A stretch of 64,000 bases of DNA from Octopus bimaculoides (lineage: Eukaryota). The stretch is from positions 184,120,905-184,184,904 of the forward strand of contig NC_068982.1 of NCBI RefSeq assembly GCF_001194135.2, written 5' to 3'. The translations under genes and the position numbers were made by a program. Of the stretch, positions 1 through 58,594 are shown one piece after another. The notes under the pieces were generated by a model. It was not told the DNA's origin. It was given only the letters and a program-made list of their open reading frames with translations, and searched no databases. Positions within the stretch are counted from its first letter, which is position 1. Each line of letters opens with the position of its first letter.

Positions 1-43
<43 letters not shown>

Positions 44-902
44 AAATAATACAAAATGGGACAAGGACGCAAAACATCCAGACAGTTAGGTGATACACGA
101 AAGGGACAAAACATACAGATAGACGATACAATATATATATATTTATACACACTCAGACACACACACACACATCTGTTCAAAAAACAGAAAATTATATTTT
201 TTGAGTCAGGTAACCAAGGAATTACACTTTCAGCAAGATACTAACATGTCCTATAATCCTTCTTAACCATTGAAGAAGAGTAAAAGCATTGTACTGATGG
301 GAGTGGGGTGAAGGGTGTTGTTGGAGTGGGGGGAAAGATCATGTAGACTTATCCACTAATTGAGTAAATTGTCAACACATTGCTAATCCATTTATATTTG
401 TTAATCTATGCAATTTAGAGGAGTGCAAAAGTCATAAGTTTCTATGGATATTGACGAAACATTCGATTATCTGTTAATCCTTGTTTTGTTCTTAATCCAT
501 GTTTTCCATTGATGGGTGGCAGGCAATTGTGAATTTTTGTTTTTTTATTTCAGTATTTAGTAAAAATGTTGAAGTATTACTAATCTTCATTCATATATTA
601 ATCTGTGTGTGTGTGTGTGTGTGTGTGCGCGCACACGCATATATATATATATATANNNNNNNNNNNNNNNNNNNNNNNNNNNNNNNNNNNNNNNNNNNNN
701 NNNNNNNNNNNNNNNNNNNNNNNNNNNNNNNNNNNNNNNNNNNNNNNNNNNNNNNNNNNNNNNNNNNNNNNNNNNNNNNNNNNNNNNNNNNNNNNNNNNN
801 NNNNNNNNNNNNNNNNNNNNNNNNNNNNNNNNNNNNNNNNNNNNNNNNNNNNNNNNNNNNNNNNNNNNNNNNNNNNNNNNNNNNNNNNNNNNNNNNNNNN
901 NN

Positions 903-1089
903 GGTATTGCGAAAAGCCTGGTTAGAGGCCCCTAACTTTCCGAGTTCTTTTACAGAACTTTATAAAAACTGAAGGACTGTTGCTGCAATAAGTGTGTGAA
1001 TTTGAGAGCGGAATATGTTCAATAAAGTCAAAATTAACTGATCCTCCTGTATTTTCTTTTACCCGAAGCCAGGAACTTTTCACCACCTG
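903..1089. mobile_element. Partial copy of the same mariner-type MITE (inverted, cut by N gap)
   Basis: Reverse complement aligns along its length with 57050-57230. Confidence 0.8.
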
Positions 1090-1113
1090 TCTTGTGTATG
1101 TATGGGTGCGTAT

Positions 1114-1162
<49 letters not shown>

Positions 1163-2699
1163 CACACATATATAGTAAGATGAAAATAAGCAATGTTCAA
1201 ATCTTCAGTTGTTTGTCCGTCACAAATTTTCATAGACACTTTGAAACTGTGGCATAAAGATAATTCACTAATGTTAATGAGACTTAAATTTCACTTTTGA
1301 ACTGTGGCATGTTTAGATTTACCCAACACAACCCTCTGCACCCATTTTATTACCTCTGATGCCAACGTATCTGAGACTCCCACTTTTCCTATCTTTCCAC
1401 CATTGATATCAACTTACATAAGACTACTGCTACCGTCTTAACTGAAACTTCCCCTTGCTCCCAGTTTTCGTTGCCCCACCTGAAGCTGTTCATATTTAAG
1501 TAAATTTTAAATTATAATCTCTTTATCTGTAATCTCATTTTAACATTAGTAATATCACAAGATCTCTCTAGGCAAAAAGGCTTTCGTCATGGTTTTTGTG
1601 TCAGAAGTAATTCTGTTAAGTTGTGTTCCAAGCATCATTCATTTAGACAATAAATAATCAGTAGCTAATTGACTAATCTCTTTTAAATTCTTGATTAATT
1701 TTTTGGCAATAACAAAGAGTGTAATGTTGCCAGAAACAGTTATGAGAGGGTCAACAGTTTGAAAAGTGGAGTGAAATATGGACTGGGAAGATTGTCATCG
1801 TCTTCATCATCATCATCATCATCATCACCATCACCATCATCGTTGTCATCATCGTTGTTGTCATCATCATCATCATCATAATCATTTTAATGTTTATTTT
1901 TCCATGCTTGCATGGATCAGATGGAATTACTTGTGGTAAATTTTCTACAGCCAGATGTCCTTCCCGTTGCCAAACCTGATCTGTTTCCCGCCAAGGAAAT
2001 ATTTCCCCAGGACTAGGCATATTTTCATGGAAGATTGGATATGAATGACATCTCACACACACACATTTGGACAGCAATGCTCATTTACAACTATTGACTA
2101 ATGTCAAACCAATGAAACAAGCACACACCCACACATACATAAAGCTATACTAAACATGTGACAAGCTTCTTTCAGTTTCCATCTACCAAATCCATTCTCA
2201 AAGCTTGGGTCTGTCCTGGACTGTAGTAGGGACAATTGCCCATGGTGCCAAGCAATAGAACTGAATCTAAATCCACATGGCTGGGAAGCAAGCTTCTTAA
2301 TGATACAGACATACTTGCACCTGTATTTCAGAGCAGCCATGATGCTAGAATTCCTCCACTTCTTTCCAAAACTAGTTGCTTCAGATCATTTCAGATGGCT
2401 TCAGACTTCTTGAGCCTCTGTATGGTAATGTGATTTACCAGAAATTGTGCCTAAATTTATCTCAAATTGTACCATACTGTCTTAAAATAAAGGACACATT
2501 GGACAATATATGTAGCCTTTGAAGTCCAGTATGATTGGACAGCTATGGATGAGATGTCTTGGATTAAATGTTTATTTACTCTGGGTCAACCTGGTGCTAA
2601 AGAATAACCTTAGACTTTTGGGATTTATTATTGACGAGAGTCTTGTGTTGAAAAATTAAAATGATGCTGTTGTGGTGTATGCGTGCGAGTAGAAGTAAT

Positions 2700-2965
2700 C
2701 GGCTTACCTCGGTTTCCTTCCCTTGCACGAGTCTGTCCTGCAGTATCCGATCCTCGTGGCTGGCCCGACCCGAAAAACACTAGAAATAGCAGCTGCTTCT
2801 CCCAACACCTAGACGATCGCTTGGCACGTCCTCTCGTCACAACAACCCCGTTCAAAAAAGGGCATGAAATCCCGATTGAGGCTCCCTCTGCCCCTGTTCC
2901 TCTTCCGGTCAGTTCACGGTTCCGGTCAGCAGTCAGCAGTCAGTTGCTGACGTCATACCACAGCT
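2700..2965 (-). promoter_or_regulatory. CpG-rich promoter / non-coding exon of a - strand gene running off the left end
   Basis: TGACGTCA (CRE) 2948-2955, two TTCCGGTCAG (ETS core) copies at 2903 and 2920, retained CpGs, - strand donor GAG|GTAAGC at 2708/2707. Confidence 0.55.
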
Positions 2966-3479
2966 GTTTGAAACAAAAATGGTCTCTTGTATTGTCAGAA
3001 CATTTTGGTTAAAAGATTTTATATTTCTTTTGATGCTCTTTGTCATATTATTTAGCTTAACACGAAAGACAATGTTTGAAACCTTATAAACTTTGTAATA
3101 GATTGTCACATGCACAGAGAACAGAAAAAAATCAAGACAACGATGTACCTATTCATTCTTGAGATGTTCCAGCAGATTTGTGTGTTAATATATTAATCAA
3201 TATTAAGATGGCAAGCTGGTAGAACTGTCAGCTTGCCAGGTAAAATGGTTTGTGGCATTTCCCTTGTTTTTATGTTCTGAGTTCAAATTCTGCTGAATTT
3301 AATGTTCCACTCAGGCATAGCAATACTAATAACCTAGTGCTAGAACTCAATATACGTATGCTTCAGAATAAAGCATTAGTTGGGACAGAGCATGAAAGAA
3401 TTTGTGCAATGAATTTCATTAGCTTACGGCTGTTTCTGCTACAAAATACAGTGTACTCATAGCTGAGTGCATGTGTGTC

Positions 3480-3870
3480 ACTTTATAGCATCTTCAGAGC
3501 TTCCAAAATGAAGTGCTCATAATTTTTGAATCTATAAGATAGTTTCCCAGCCTGCTCTTACTTCAGCAATTGCATTTTCAGAGCATCTTCCTGCACTGTT
3601 AACTTGGTTGCCTTGGTAACAGAAGCTATCTACTACTTCTAAGGACCCACCCAGACATTTCAGGAAGTCTATTTTCTATACATTCTTAGTGTTCGTTGTA
3701 CCTTCACATCTGCCATGCACAAAGAGTACTTTCCCTCTTAACCTTCCTGTGATATTGCTGCACCTCTGATATATTCATAGCTTGCACTGGGTACACTGTA
3801 TGGAATTTCTACCTACACCTTTTCTACATGTTGAGCAGGGCCATCTCCCTGAAGGGATTAGTAATTTGTT
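3480..3870 (-). mobile_element. RTE-clade LINE ORF2 fragment (Cys-rich segment)
   Basis: - strand translation with stops: SGRWPCSTCRKGVGRNSIQCTQCKL..RCSNITGRL..LEVVDSFCY.G..V.S.G.CSE. Confidence 0.8.
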
Positions 3871-3888
3871 TGGTTTTCCTACTTACTC

Positions 3889-3919
<31 letters not shown>

Positions 3920-6041
3920 TGTATGTATGTATGTATGTATGTATGCATAGGCTTTAAGCATATTTTCACAAGTGTGTCCCACTGTAGATTTGTTTCCTCA
4001 TAACTTTCAGAAAATGAATTTTTTTGTTTTTTCAGTGAAATTTCCTACAAATACTTTTCAGATGGTGTAGTTTAGGATTATATTGGGATTTAATTCATAA
4101 AAGGAAAAAAAAATGGTGATTCATGTATATTTTTTTTTTACAAAATTTCAAGTTCCATTTTGGAGCTAAGTATGTAATGTGGGCACACACACCATTATTA
4201 TTCTTTTTTTTTTTAAACTAAATTCTTATATAATCGTAAACTACACCGACTGAAAGTCATTTATAACAATTTCTTTAAAAAAATATTCATTTTTCTGAAA
4301 GTTACGCGGAAACAAAGTCGTAGGCTGGGGGTACACTTTTGTAGAGAAGCAATGCTTTATATCTGCCGTATAAAAGATACACCAATGCGGATTACTGGTA
4401 AACTAAGTATTTGAAAAAAGAACATCACCTTAGTAAAAATTTTCTTAAATAGCCCCTAATCCATACTCTACAAGGAACAATTAAAAATAAAATAAGAACC
4501 TTCACTATCGCCGCTAAGTAAAACAAATCAGACAAAAAAACAAGATTTCTCCAAACAGTCAAAGAGAACAAGATTTCTGCCAAACAGAAACAAACTGCTT
4601 TGAAGGTAGTTGGTCAAAGGGAGAGAACTCTTCTGTATGTTGCTTGGCTACTTGCGCCGAACATTGAACTGAATTTATATTCGTTAATCGTTTTTTACTT
4701 TGTCATTNNNNNNNNNNNNNNNNNNNNNNNNNNNNNNNNNNNNNNNNNNNNNNNNNNNNNNNNNNNNNNNNNNNNNNNNNNNNNNNNNNNNNATTTCAAA
4801 AGCGATACACAAAAGTTGTTGAGGAAGAATAAAGCTACTAAAAGCCATAAAACTCAACGATACTTTTTTGTCAATTCAAATAATACTGGAAAGGATTACA
4901 ATAAATGAAAAAAATGTTGTTGTTGTTGTTGTTGGCACTCCGTCGCTTACGACGACGAGGGTCCAGTCGATCCGATCAACGCAACAGCCTGCTCGTGAAA
5001 TTAACGTGCAAGTGGCTGAGCACTCCACAGACACGTGTACCCTTAACATAGTTCTCAGGGAAATTCAGTGTGACACGGCTGACCCTTTGAATTACAGGCA
5101 CAACAGAAACAGGAAGTAAGAGAAAGTTATGGTGAAAGAGTACAGCAGGTTCGTAGTGGGACTGAACTCAGAACCATGTGGTTGGGAATTAAACTTCTTG
5201 CGACACAAACACGATATATATAAAGCTCGTAGAGCTTTATGTGTTTTCACTCAATAAACACTAACAACTCCCGGTCTGGGAATCAAACTACGATCCTATG
5301 ACCGCGAGTCCGGTGCCCTAACCACTGGGCCATTGCGCCTCCACTAAATGAAAAAATATATGTTGTATATAAATATATATCGTGTTTGTGTCGTAAGAAG
5401 TTTAATTCCCAACCACATGGTTCTGAGTTCAGTCCCACTACGTGATACTCGGCAAGTGTCTTCTACCAGAGCCTCGGGCCAAACAAAACCTTGTGAGTGG
5501 ATCTCGTACACGGAGATTGAAAGAAGCTTGTGTGTGTGCGTGCGTGTTTTTTGTTTTTTCTTCTACTGCCTGACAGCCGGTGTTGGTTTCTACATTCTCA
5601 TAACTTTGTGGTTTGGCATAAGGAAACTATGGAATAAGTGCCAGACGAAAATGATAGGCACTGGGGTCGATTTCTTCGCCTAAAATCCTTTCAAGGCGAA
5701 ACCTCAGCATGGCCGCAGTAAAATTACTGAAATAAGTGAAGTTATATGTATTATGTAATATAAAAATTACATTATAAATATGCACGTGTGTGCGCGTGCA
5801 TATGTTTGTTCCACGGGCTTCTTTTGTCTTGACATCATGTAACAGTTGTTAGCGAGCGTCACCGTCATGCAACGTTTATCGTAAAATTTGTGGCGAAACA
5901 TATTTCCAAACGAAACAAAATACGCTAAATGAAGATAGAATTCCACACACACAAACACAAGCTATGTACATCATGATGGTAGCGAACGATTGAATAAATG
6001 GCAGTTGGCGGAGAAAAACTGTTATCGTAACAGTTTATAGC

Positions 6042-6540
6042 TACGAGGGCCGGTTGAAAAGTTCATGGGCTGACCAAGATACTTTCATGGAATGTGACCA
6101 AATAAGGTTTATTTTTCAATTTCAGGAAAATAGGAAGGCTGGTCAACCAGTTCAAAGCTAGTCATGCACAGCAGCCATTGAAACCAAGAAGTTACATGCT
6201 GGAGCATTGTCCTGATGAAACAAGACACCTCACGTCAGTTTTCCTGGGTGTTTGGTCTTGATAACCTTTCGTAAGTGTTTCAGCAAGTTGGTATAGTACA
6301 CTCCATTAATGGTGTGGCCCTTTTCAAGATAGTCAATAAAAACAATGCCTTTTGCATCTCCCAAAACTCAGGCTATCACCTCCCCTGCAGATAAAATGAC
6401 CTTAGCCTTCTTTGGAGCAGGTGAGCGAGGAGGGGGTGTTTCCACTGCACGTATCGTCTCTTTGGCGCAACGTGAGGAATCCATCGCTCATCATGGGTTA
6501 GGAAACGCCCAAGAAAACCAACTGGATCTACCTTGAAACA
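6042..6540 (-). mobile_element. Mariner (DD34D-type) transposase relic with one TIR
   Basis: - strand translation with stops/frameshifts: DPVGFLGRFLTHDERW..QWKH..PAPKKAKV..DAKGIVFIDYLEKGHTINGVYY..VLFHQDNAPA; TA + CGAGGGCCGGTTGAAAAGTT end at 6042. Confidence 0.9.
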
Positions 6541-6799
6541 ATGTCAGTCTTTGTCGTGCTGTAATCAACCTGGTGACATTGTGTGTGTGTGTGTGTTGTG
6601 ATGTATTCTTTCATTCTTTTACTTGTTTCATTCATACGACTAAGACCATGCTGGAGCACTGACTTTAGTCGAACAAATCGACCCCAGGCCTTATTCTTTG
6701 TGAGCCTAGTACTTATTCTATCGGGCACTTTTTGCCGAACCGCCTAGTTACGGGGACGTAAATACACCATCAAGCGATGATGGGGAGGAGAAGACACAA

Positions 6800-6897
6800 A
6801 TACATACATACATACATACATACATACATACATACATACATACATACATACATACATACATACATACATACATACAAACATACATACACACACACAC

Positions 6898-6979
<82 letters not shown>

Positions 6980-6995
6980 GTATATATATATATAC
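6800..6995. repeat. Compound (TACA)n/(CA)n/(TA)n microsatellite
   Basis: Direct reading. Other tracts at 1-35, 1123-1160, 3890-3946, 22731-22860 (CT)n, 33486-33535, 41155-41225, 50783-50838 (CAT)n, 56058-56108. Confidence 0.95.
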
Positions 6996-9900
6996 GACGG
7001 GCTTCTTTCAGTTTCCATCTACCAAATCCACTCACAAGGCTTTAGTCGGCCCGAGACTATAGTAGAACCATATGCCGAAGGTATCACGCAGTGGGACTGA
7101 ACCTGAAACCATGTGGTTGGGAGGCAAAGTTTCATGACGTCCTGTGCCCATATATACGTATAGATGTACATATACGTATATATATGTGCATATAAGGATG
7201 CTGAACTTGAAATACAAGTATCACACTGTCTGAAAGGCACGAAGCGAATACCAAATAGCAAGCCGTTTTTCTCCATGATTTGCGAAGGATATATTTTCCA
7301 ACGTCTACCCTGAATCTGTATCTGTATATAATAAAATTATGAGAATGTTATAAGCACTAGTATAAATTGTTTATAAATATAATAGAAGCGGACTGGATAA
7401 TGATCATCTACATGAAGTTCTAACTGATACAGTTGTAGTCGTTCATTTAACTGTACCCACCAGATTTAATAATGTTAATGACATGACCATCGTTGACCAA
7501 CTCAAGTACCTCTACAGTGCTTTGAAGAGTGTCTCAACAAAGTCAAGTCCTTTTTCCAAAGACACACATTTTTGGGAGCATATTAATGATGAGTGACTTC
7601 AACCTCTATGTGAAACAAAAATATCACGAAAATGAAAGGAGAACTGCGCGGTATCGACAGGAATCAAGGCAGAGAGAGAGAGAGAGAAGGGGGAGGAGAG
7701 AGATGTGAGAATTCTTATGGAGATGTATAGTAAGCATTTCAAAAATGATTTCAATCATCAATTGGCTGCTGTTTCTAGCAGATTCAATGACGACATAACC
7801 ATTAAAAGTTTTTCCTATCGAGTTGTACAGCAAGAGTTGTTCCCCTTACCTTCAGTTACCGACGTGTTTCTAAAAAAATTTATATCGACGAAATAAGAAT
7901 TAGTTAAGTATTGGAGTGGATGCAATCGACTTATACCCACCCCCGAAGTTGCTGGCTTTGTGTCAAAATTTGAAATCAATAAATTTATGTACACTGAAGC
8001 TGGTGAGTTGGCAGATTCGTTAGCACGCCGGGCAGGGTGTTTAGCGGTATTTCGTCCGTCTAAAGTTCAAATTCCGCCGAGGTCGACTTTGCTTTTCATC
8101 CTTTTGAGCTCGCTAAAATAAGTATTAGTTGTTTACTGGTGATCGATTTAATCCATCCCCCGACACTGCTGGCCTTGTATCAAAATTTGCAACTAATATA
8201 TCAATATAGATTAAGCGTGCGTAGACAACACATGCCCGCGCACGCGCATATACACACACACGCACTCACACACACGCACGCACGCACGCACACACACACA
8301 CACACACATATATATACTGGAAATAACCAGCACCTGCGCTAGAAGTAGATGTCGAATACCCACAATCCACTCTAAAATTAGTTTTCTATATACGGTCATT
8401 TTTATGCAACTATGATAACCTTTGCTCTTTGGAGTTCGCAGGACTCGTATTACCTCCACACAGGCACACCCATCCCTTTCGGCTCTCCTCCTCTAGTGAA
8501 CCTTGTCGAGTCCATCGCACCAGGCCCCATGTTAATCCTAGCTCCCAGTCGTTCTTTCCCGGAATGTCAGCTCTCAGCAAGTTTCTCTCTGCACACGTGA
8601 GTGGTGATATTATAGATGTGGTGAAAGCGAGAACGCAAGTAGTTGATGGTGGTATAGCTATGTAATGAGAGCAGATAGTAGTGACAACAGATGATGGTTG
8701 TATGGACGAATGATGGTAGAGACATTAGAATAATAGTGGTGTGGGTCGGTAACATCATCATCATCATTTAACATCTGTTTTTCATGAGTTGAACGATTTG
8801 ACAAGAACTATTAAGGCCAGGGACCACACCAGACTATGTTATCTGTCTGGGTGTAGTGGAGTCACCAGAATGTAGTGTGTTTTTTTGAGTGTCGGTGCGA
8901 TATGCATGTGTTTGCCTTAGAAATGACAAAGTTGTAACTGATTCAATTATAACATTTTTATTAGCTGGAGTTAATAAATATTAATAGCCACTACATTCAA
9001 TTTTAACAACTTGCTTCGAGTTGCTAGACAAATGATGGAACCAGGATATGTTCGTGTATGTGTGTGTGTGTTCGTTCTCTCATCTTGCTTGGCCGGAGGA
9101 AAATCTCTGTCTCACATTAGCAGAGGTCTCATAGTAGCAGTCTCCCTGTCTGTCTGTCCCTGTGTGTCCTGACGTCTTGCTGACCACTCTATTTATAAGA
9201 ATCGTGGCAACTAGAAGGACATACATACTGCAGCAGAGTTTGTACCTAAATAGGTCAGATACTGACCAGTTGAACTTCGCCTGACATTCTAAGGTCGAAG
9301 GTCAAAGGGAGATGATCGATCACTTTTTGACAAGACAAACCAAACCTCCGCGGCACATCTCTCTCTTCGATTCTGTTAGGTGACTTAGCTTCACCACGAT
9401 AATAAACAGACAAGAGATTCTCAGCCAGCGACGAACATCTGTATAACAAGAATCACGGCCCGGCATCGATGCCACGACATCACAACTAGTGATCAGCTGT
9501 GCCACACTCAGCCCCCTGACTTTCACATACAGAACTTTTCCTATAGTGTACTAAAGAACTGGTATAACTGCTCACGTGTTATTGACTCTCTTTCCATCTG
9601 CTGTAATAACTCACACACATGTATCACATACGTACTTTTCTTTGTATGACGGCCTGTCTTTGATTATGTTATTATATGTCGCATTCACACTCACACACAG
9701 ACATACATCTTTAACGCCATAATAAATATCTCTGTTATTCATCTAATACGGTTGTGGTCTTTCATTACTGGTCATCTATGTTATCGTCGCATAACATATC
9801 ATATATATCATCATTGATATATTATTGTGTGTTCGACCGTGTGACACGTTTAAATACAAGGAGTCCTCTGTTTTTCCATTCGTCACCATTTCTCCTTTTT

Positions 9901-10837
9901 GAGTTCGCACGGTCGTTCCTTACATGGGCATGGTTTCTATGGCTGGATACCCTTCCTAATGTCAACCACTCCGCAGAGTGTACTGGGTAACAGTGGAGAA
10001 TAATCGTCGCTGGCCTTTGCTCCAAAGATAGCAAAGGGTTTAAGAAAGTCAGTGAATAAATTGTGTGTTGAGCGTTCCCGGATCTTTCTGAATTGAAAAG
10101 TGGTGCCCGTCAATTCAGAAAGATCCGCGTTCCCTTCCACAGATTTGTAATCCTATGTCTATGCTAAGTATTACTATTTAGACTCTGGTAAATGCCAGGA
10201 AGGGGCGCAGTGGCCCAGTGGTTAGAATAGCGGACTCGCGGTCGAAGGATCGCGGTTTCGATTCCTAGACCGTGCGCTGTGAGTGTTTATTGAGCGAAAA
10301 CACCTAAAGCTCCACGAGGCCCCGTCAGGGGGTGGTGGCAAACCCTGCTGTACTTTTTCACCACAACTTTCTCTCACTCTTTCTTCCAGCCTTATCACAC
10401 TCTGTGTCACGCTGAATTCCCCCGAGAACTACGTTAAGGGTACACGTGTCTGTGGAGTGCTCAGCCACTTGCACGTTAATTTCACGAGCAAGCTGTTCCG
10501 TTGATCGGATCAACTGGATGAGTGACTTTATGCCAATCAGTTGTGTGGCCCTTTTTTTTCAAAGACTAAGGGAGACTTAAAGTAACACAGAGAAAAAGAG
10601 AGAGGGAGATAGAAAGAAAGTAGAAAGAGATAAAGAAAAAGATTAAGATGCAAAGTAAAAGGCAGAGAAAGAAAATAAGAAAGAGACAAAGAAACAGTGA
10701 AAGAGATAGAGAGAGAGGGTGAGTAAAAGAAAAAGCGAGTAAAAGTTAACAAACATAAAAATTACAGGATAAAACAATTAAGTAGAATGTTAGATACGAA
10801 AGTGTGGCTGCGAAAGCCGGCTTTATTTTTAAAAAAA

Positions 10838-56758
<45,921 letters not shown>

Positions 56759-56969
56759 AGCATGACCCATGGCATTGTGGCTATCTTCATTCTAGCTGCT
56801 TCTGCTGGAGCATCTGTCAGGGATTAACAATTGTTAATGAGAGTATAAGTCCTCTCTGTCTCTCTCAGTCTGTGTGTATGAGTGTGTTTCTATGCATGAA
56901 CATGTATGTCAGTGTGTGTTTATGATGTGTGACTGTATATATTTGTGTCTGTATCTGAGAGTGTTATTA

Positions 56970-56975
56970 AATAAA
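56970..56975 (+). terminator. Candidate polyadenylation signal of INTS5
   Basis: AATAAA about 210 nt after the stop codon, followed by a TG/T-rich stretch. Confidence 0.45.
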
Positions 56976-57038
56976 CTTTGTGTATCTATGTATTTTTTAA
57001 TTCTCTTTATTATGCATTTATATAAGTATAACTATATA

Positions 57039-57258
57039 TGAGGGGGGCACTGAAAAGTTCCTGGCTTTGAGTAAAAGAAGATACATGAGGATCAGTTAAT
57101 TATGATTTTTATTTAACATAATCGCTTCTCAGATTCACACACTTATTGCAGTGGTCCTTTAGTTTTTCTAAGCCCTGTAAAAGAGCTTGGACGGTTGGGC
57201 CTCCAAACCAGGCCTTTCATGATACCCCTAAAGCCAGGAACTTTTCAGCACCCCCTCC
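57039..57258. mobile_element. Complete 220-bp mariner-type MITE
   Basis: TIRs GAGGGGGGCACTGAAAAGTTCCTGGCTTT / AAAGCCAGGAACTTTTCAGCACCCCCTC, TA on both flanks. Confidence 0.88.
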
Positions 57259-58452
57259 TATGTGTGTGTGTGTGTATGTATTTATTAGAAGGAGACCTAC
57301 TGCATGTGTTTAGATGGGCTATTTAATTACATTGACCCCAGTATTTGGACTGGTACTTCATTTTATTGACCGTGAAAAGATGGAAGGCAAAGTTGAGCTC
57401 AGACCATTAAGTCAGAAGACATGTTGCTAAGCATTGTGTCTGTTGCACTAACGATTCTGACAGCTTGTCGCCTTAATAGTAAGTGATGGTGGTGATCCAA
57501 GAATGGTAGAAAGGTAAAACATCTGACAGTATTTAGTGTTATTCTGCTATGATCAAATCCATTCTTATATCTTAATCAGGAATTTCATTTACAGAATGGA
57601 TGTAATGGTGATATGGGGAGGAGAGTGGACTAGGGTTCCACTGAGAGTGGGGTTTGTCCATCCCCACAGCTGGGGCCGACAACTAGAGTAACTGGTCTTG
57701 TCACACAGTCAACAGTAGCCTGAGATTGACTAAAGGAGTGTATTCTCTATCTCCCTAATTTGACTGTGCTAGGAGACTGACCACCAGAAAGGATTCTCCA
57801 TCTCTGTTGCTAGACTGAGGCTTGAGGTTAACTACTGGAGTGTATTCTCTTGGCCAGCAGCTGGACTGTGGCCAGTGACTGACTACTGGCTGGTTCTCCA
57901 ATCCTACACTAAAAGTTGAACTCAGTACTACAATGCAACAAGCCATTTGTCATTTACAGCTAGGTGGACTGGAAACATTTGAGAAGTAAGAGTATTTGGC
58001 CTCTAAAATACTGTAGTTGGTATGGCATGAAGTTTAGATTAAACTGGGGCTGTTACCACTCAACTACACATCCACCACAACAACAACAACATTCATCTAT
58101 CAACAAATAATTTGATGGGAAATCATGTGTAAGTTAAGAGAAGTCGTTGTTGGATACTCTAGCTGAGAAATCTTGTGGATGTCCAGAATGTGTGATAGAT
58201 TGTTGTAGACGTCAATAACAAGAATCAGAATTAAAATCCAATATTAAAGAAGGTGAGTATTAACATGATGAGAGTCAAGTGGACTGAGCCAATGTTGGTG
58301 TTGATGTTGGAAGCAGATACACACATACACATATGTCTACAATCAGAGGTCATTTAGAGATCACTGAAAATATTTGTTGGTGCATCCATGGAATAATACC
58401 AGTTAAACTGACAACAACAATGAGGATTGGTGATGATGATAATGATGGCAAC

Positions 58453-58594
58453 CAGGGGTGGACTGAGCCATCGGTCACTCAGCCACTGCCCGAGGGGCCC
58501 GTGCTCTACATGTTAACTCTACTAAAACACACACTCAAAGGGGCCTGGTAAACGGTTAAGCACGAGGGCCCTGAATACTCTCACTCTGCCCCTG
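58453..58594. mobile_element. 142-bp hAT-type MITE with perfect 8-bp TSD
   Basis: CAGGGGTGGACTGAG ... CTCACTCTGCCCCTG; ATGGCAAC on both sides. Confidence 0.85.

Noticed and set aside
1418-1479. Possible 62-nt - strand exon (cttcag| ... TAT|GTAAGT), open as WGNENWEQGEVSVKTVAVVL and phase-compatible with the 12165 donor
   Set aside because: Poor pyrimidine tract and no recognisable homology; a phase match has a 1 in 3 chance.
2683-3012. 109-aa + strand ORF
   Set aside because: No recognisable motif; explained by the GC-rich promoter island.
7200-7620. ~70-codon stop-free stretch (DNDHLHEVLTDTVVVVHL...) without a start codon
   Set aside because: It is followed after a frameshift by ILMMSDFN, like the GDFN motif of a LINE endonuclease, and the acceptor is weak. 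Treated as a decayed LINE.
8442-8597. Apparent + strand exon (ttcgcag| ... CAC|GTGAGT) with two open frames
   Set aside because: One frame (HPFRLSSS..VNPSSQSFFPGMSAL..L.AHV) resembles a LINE ORF2 C-terminus, and there is no partner exon. More likely a TE relic; exonisation not excluded.
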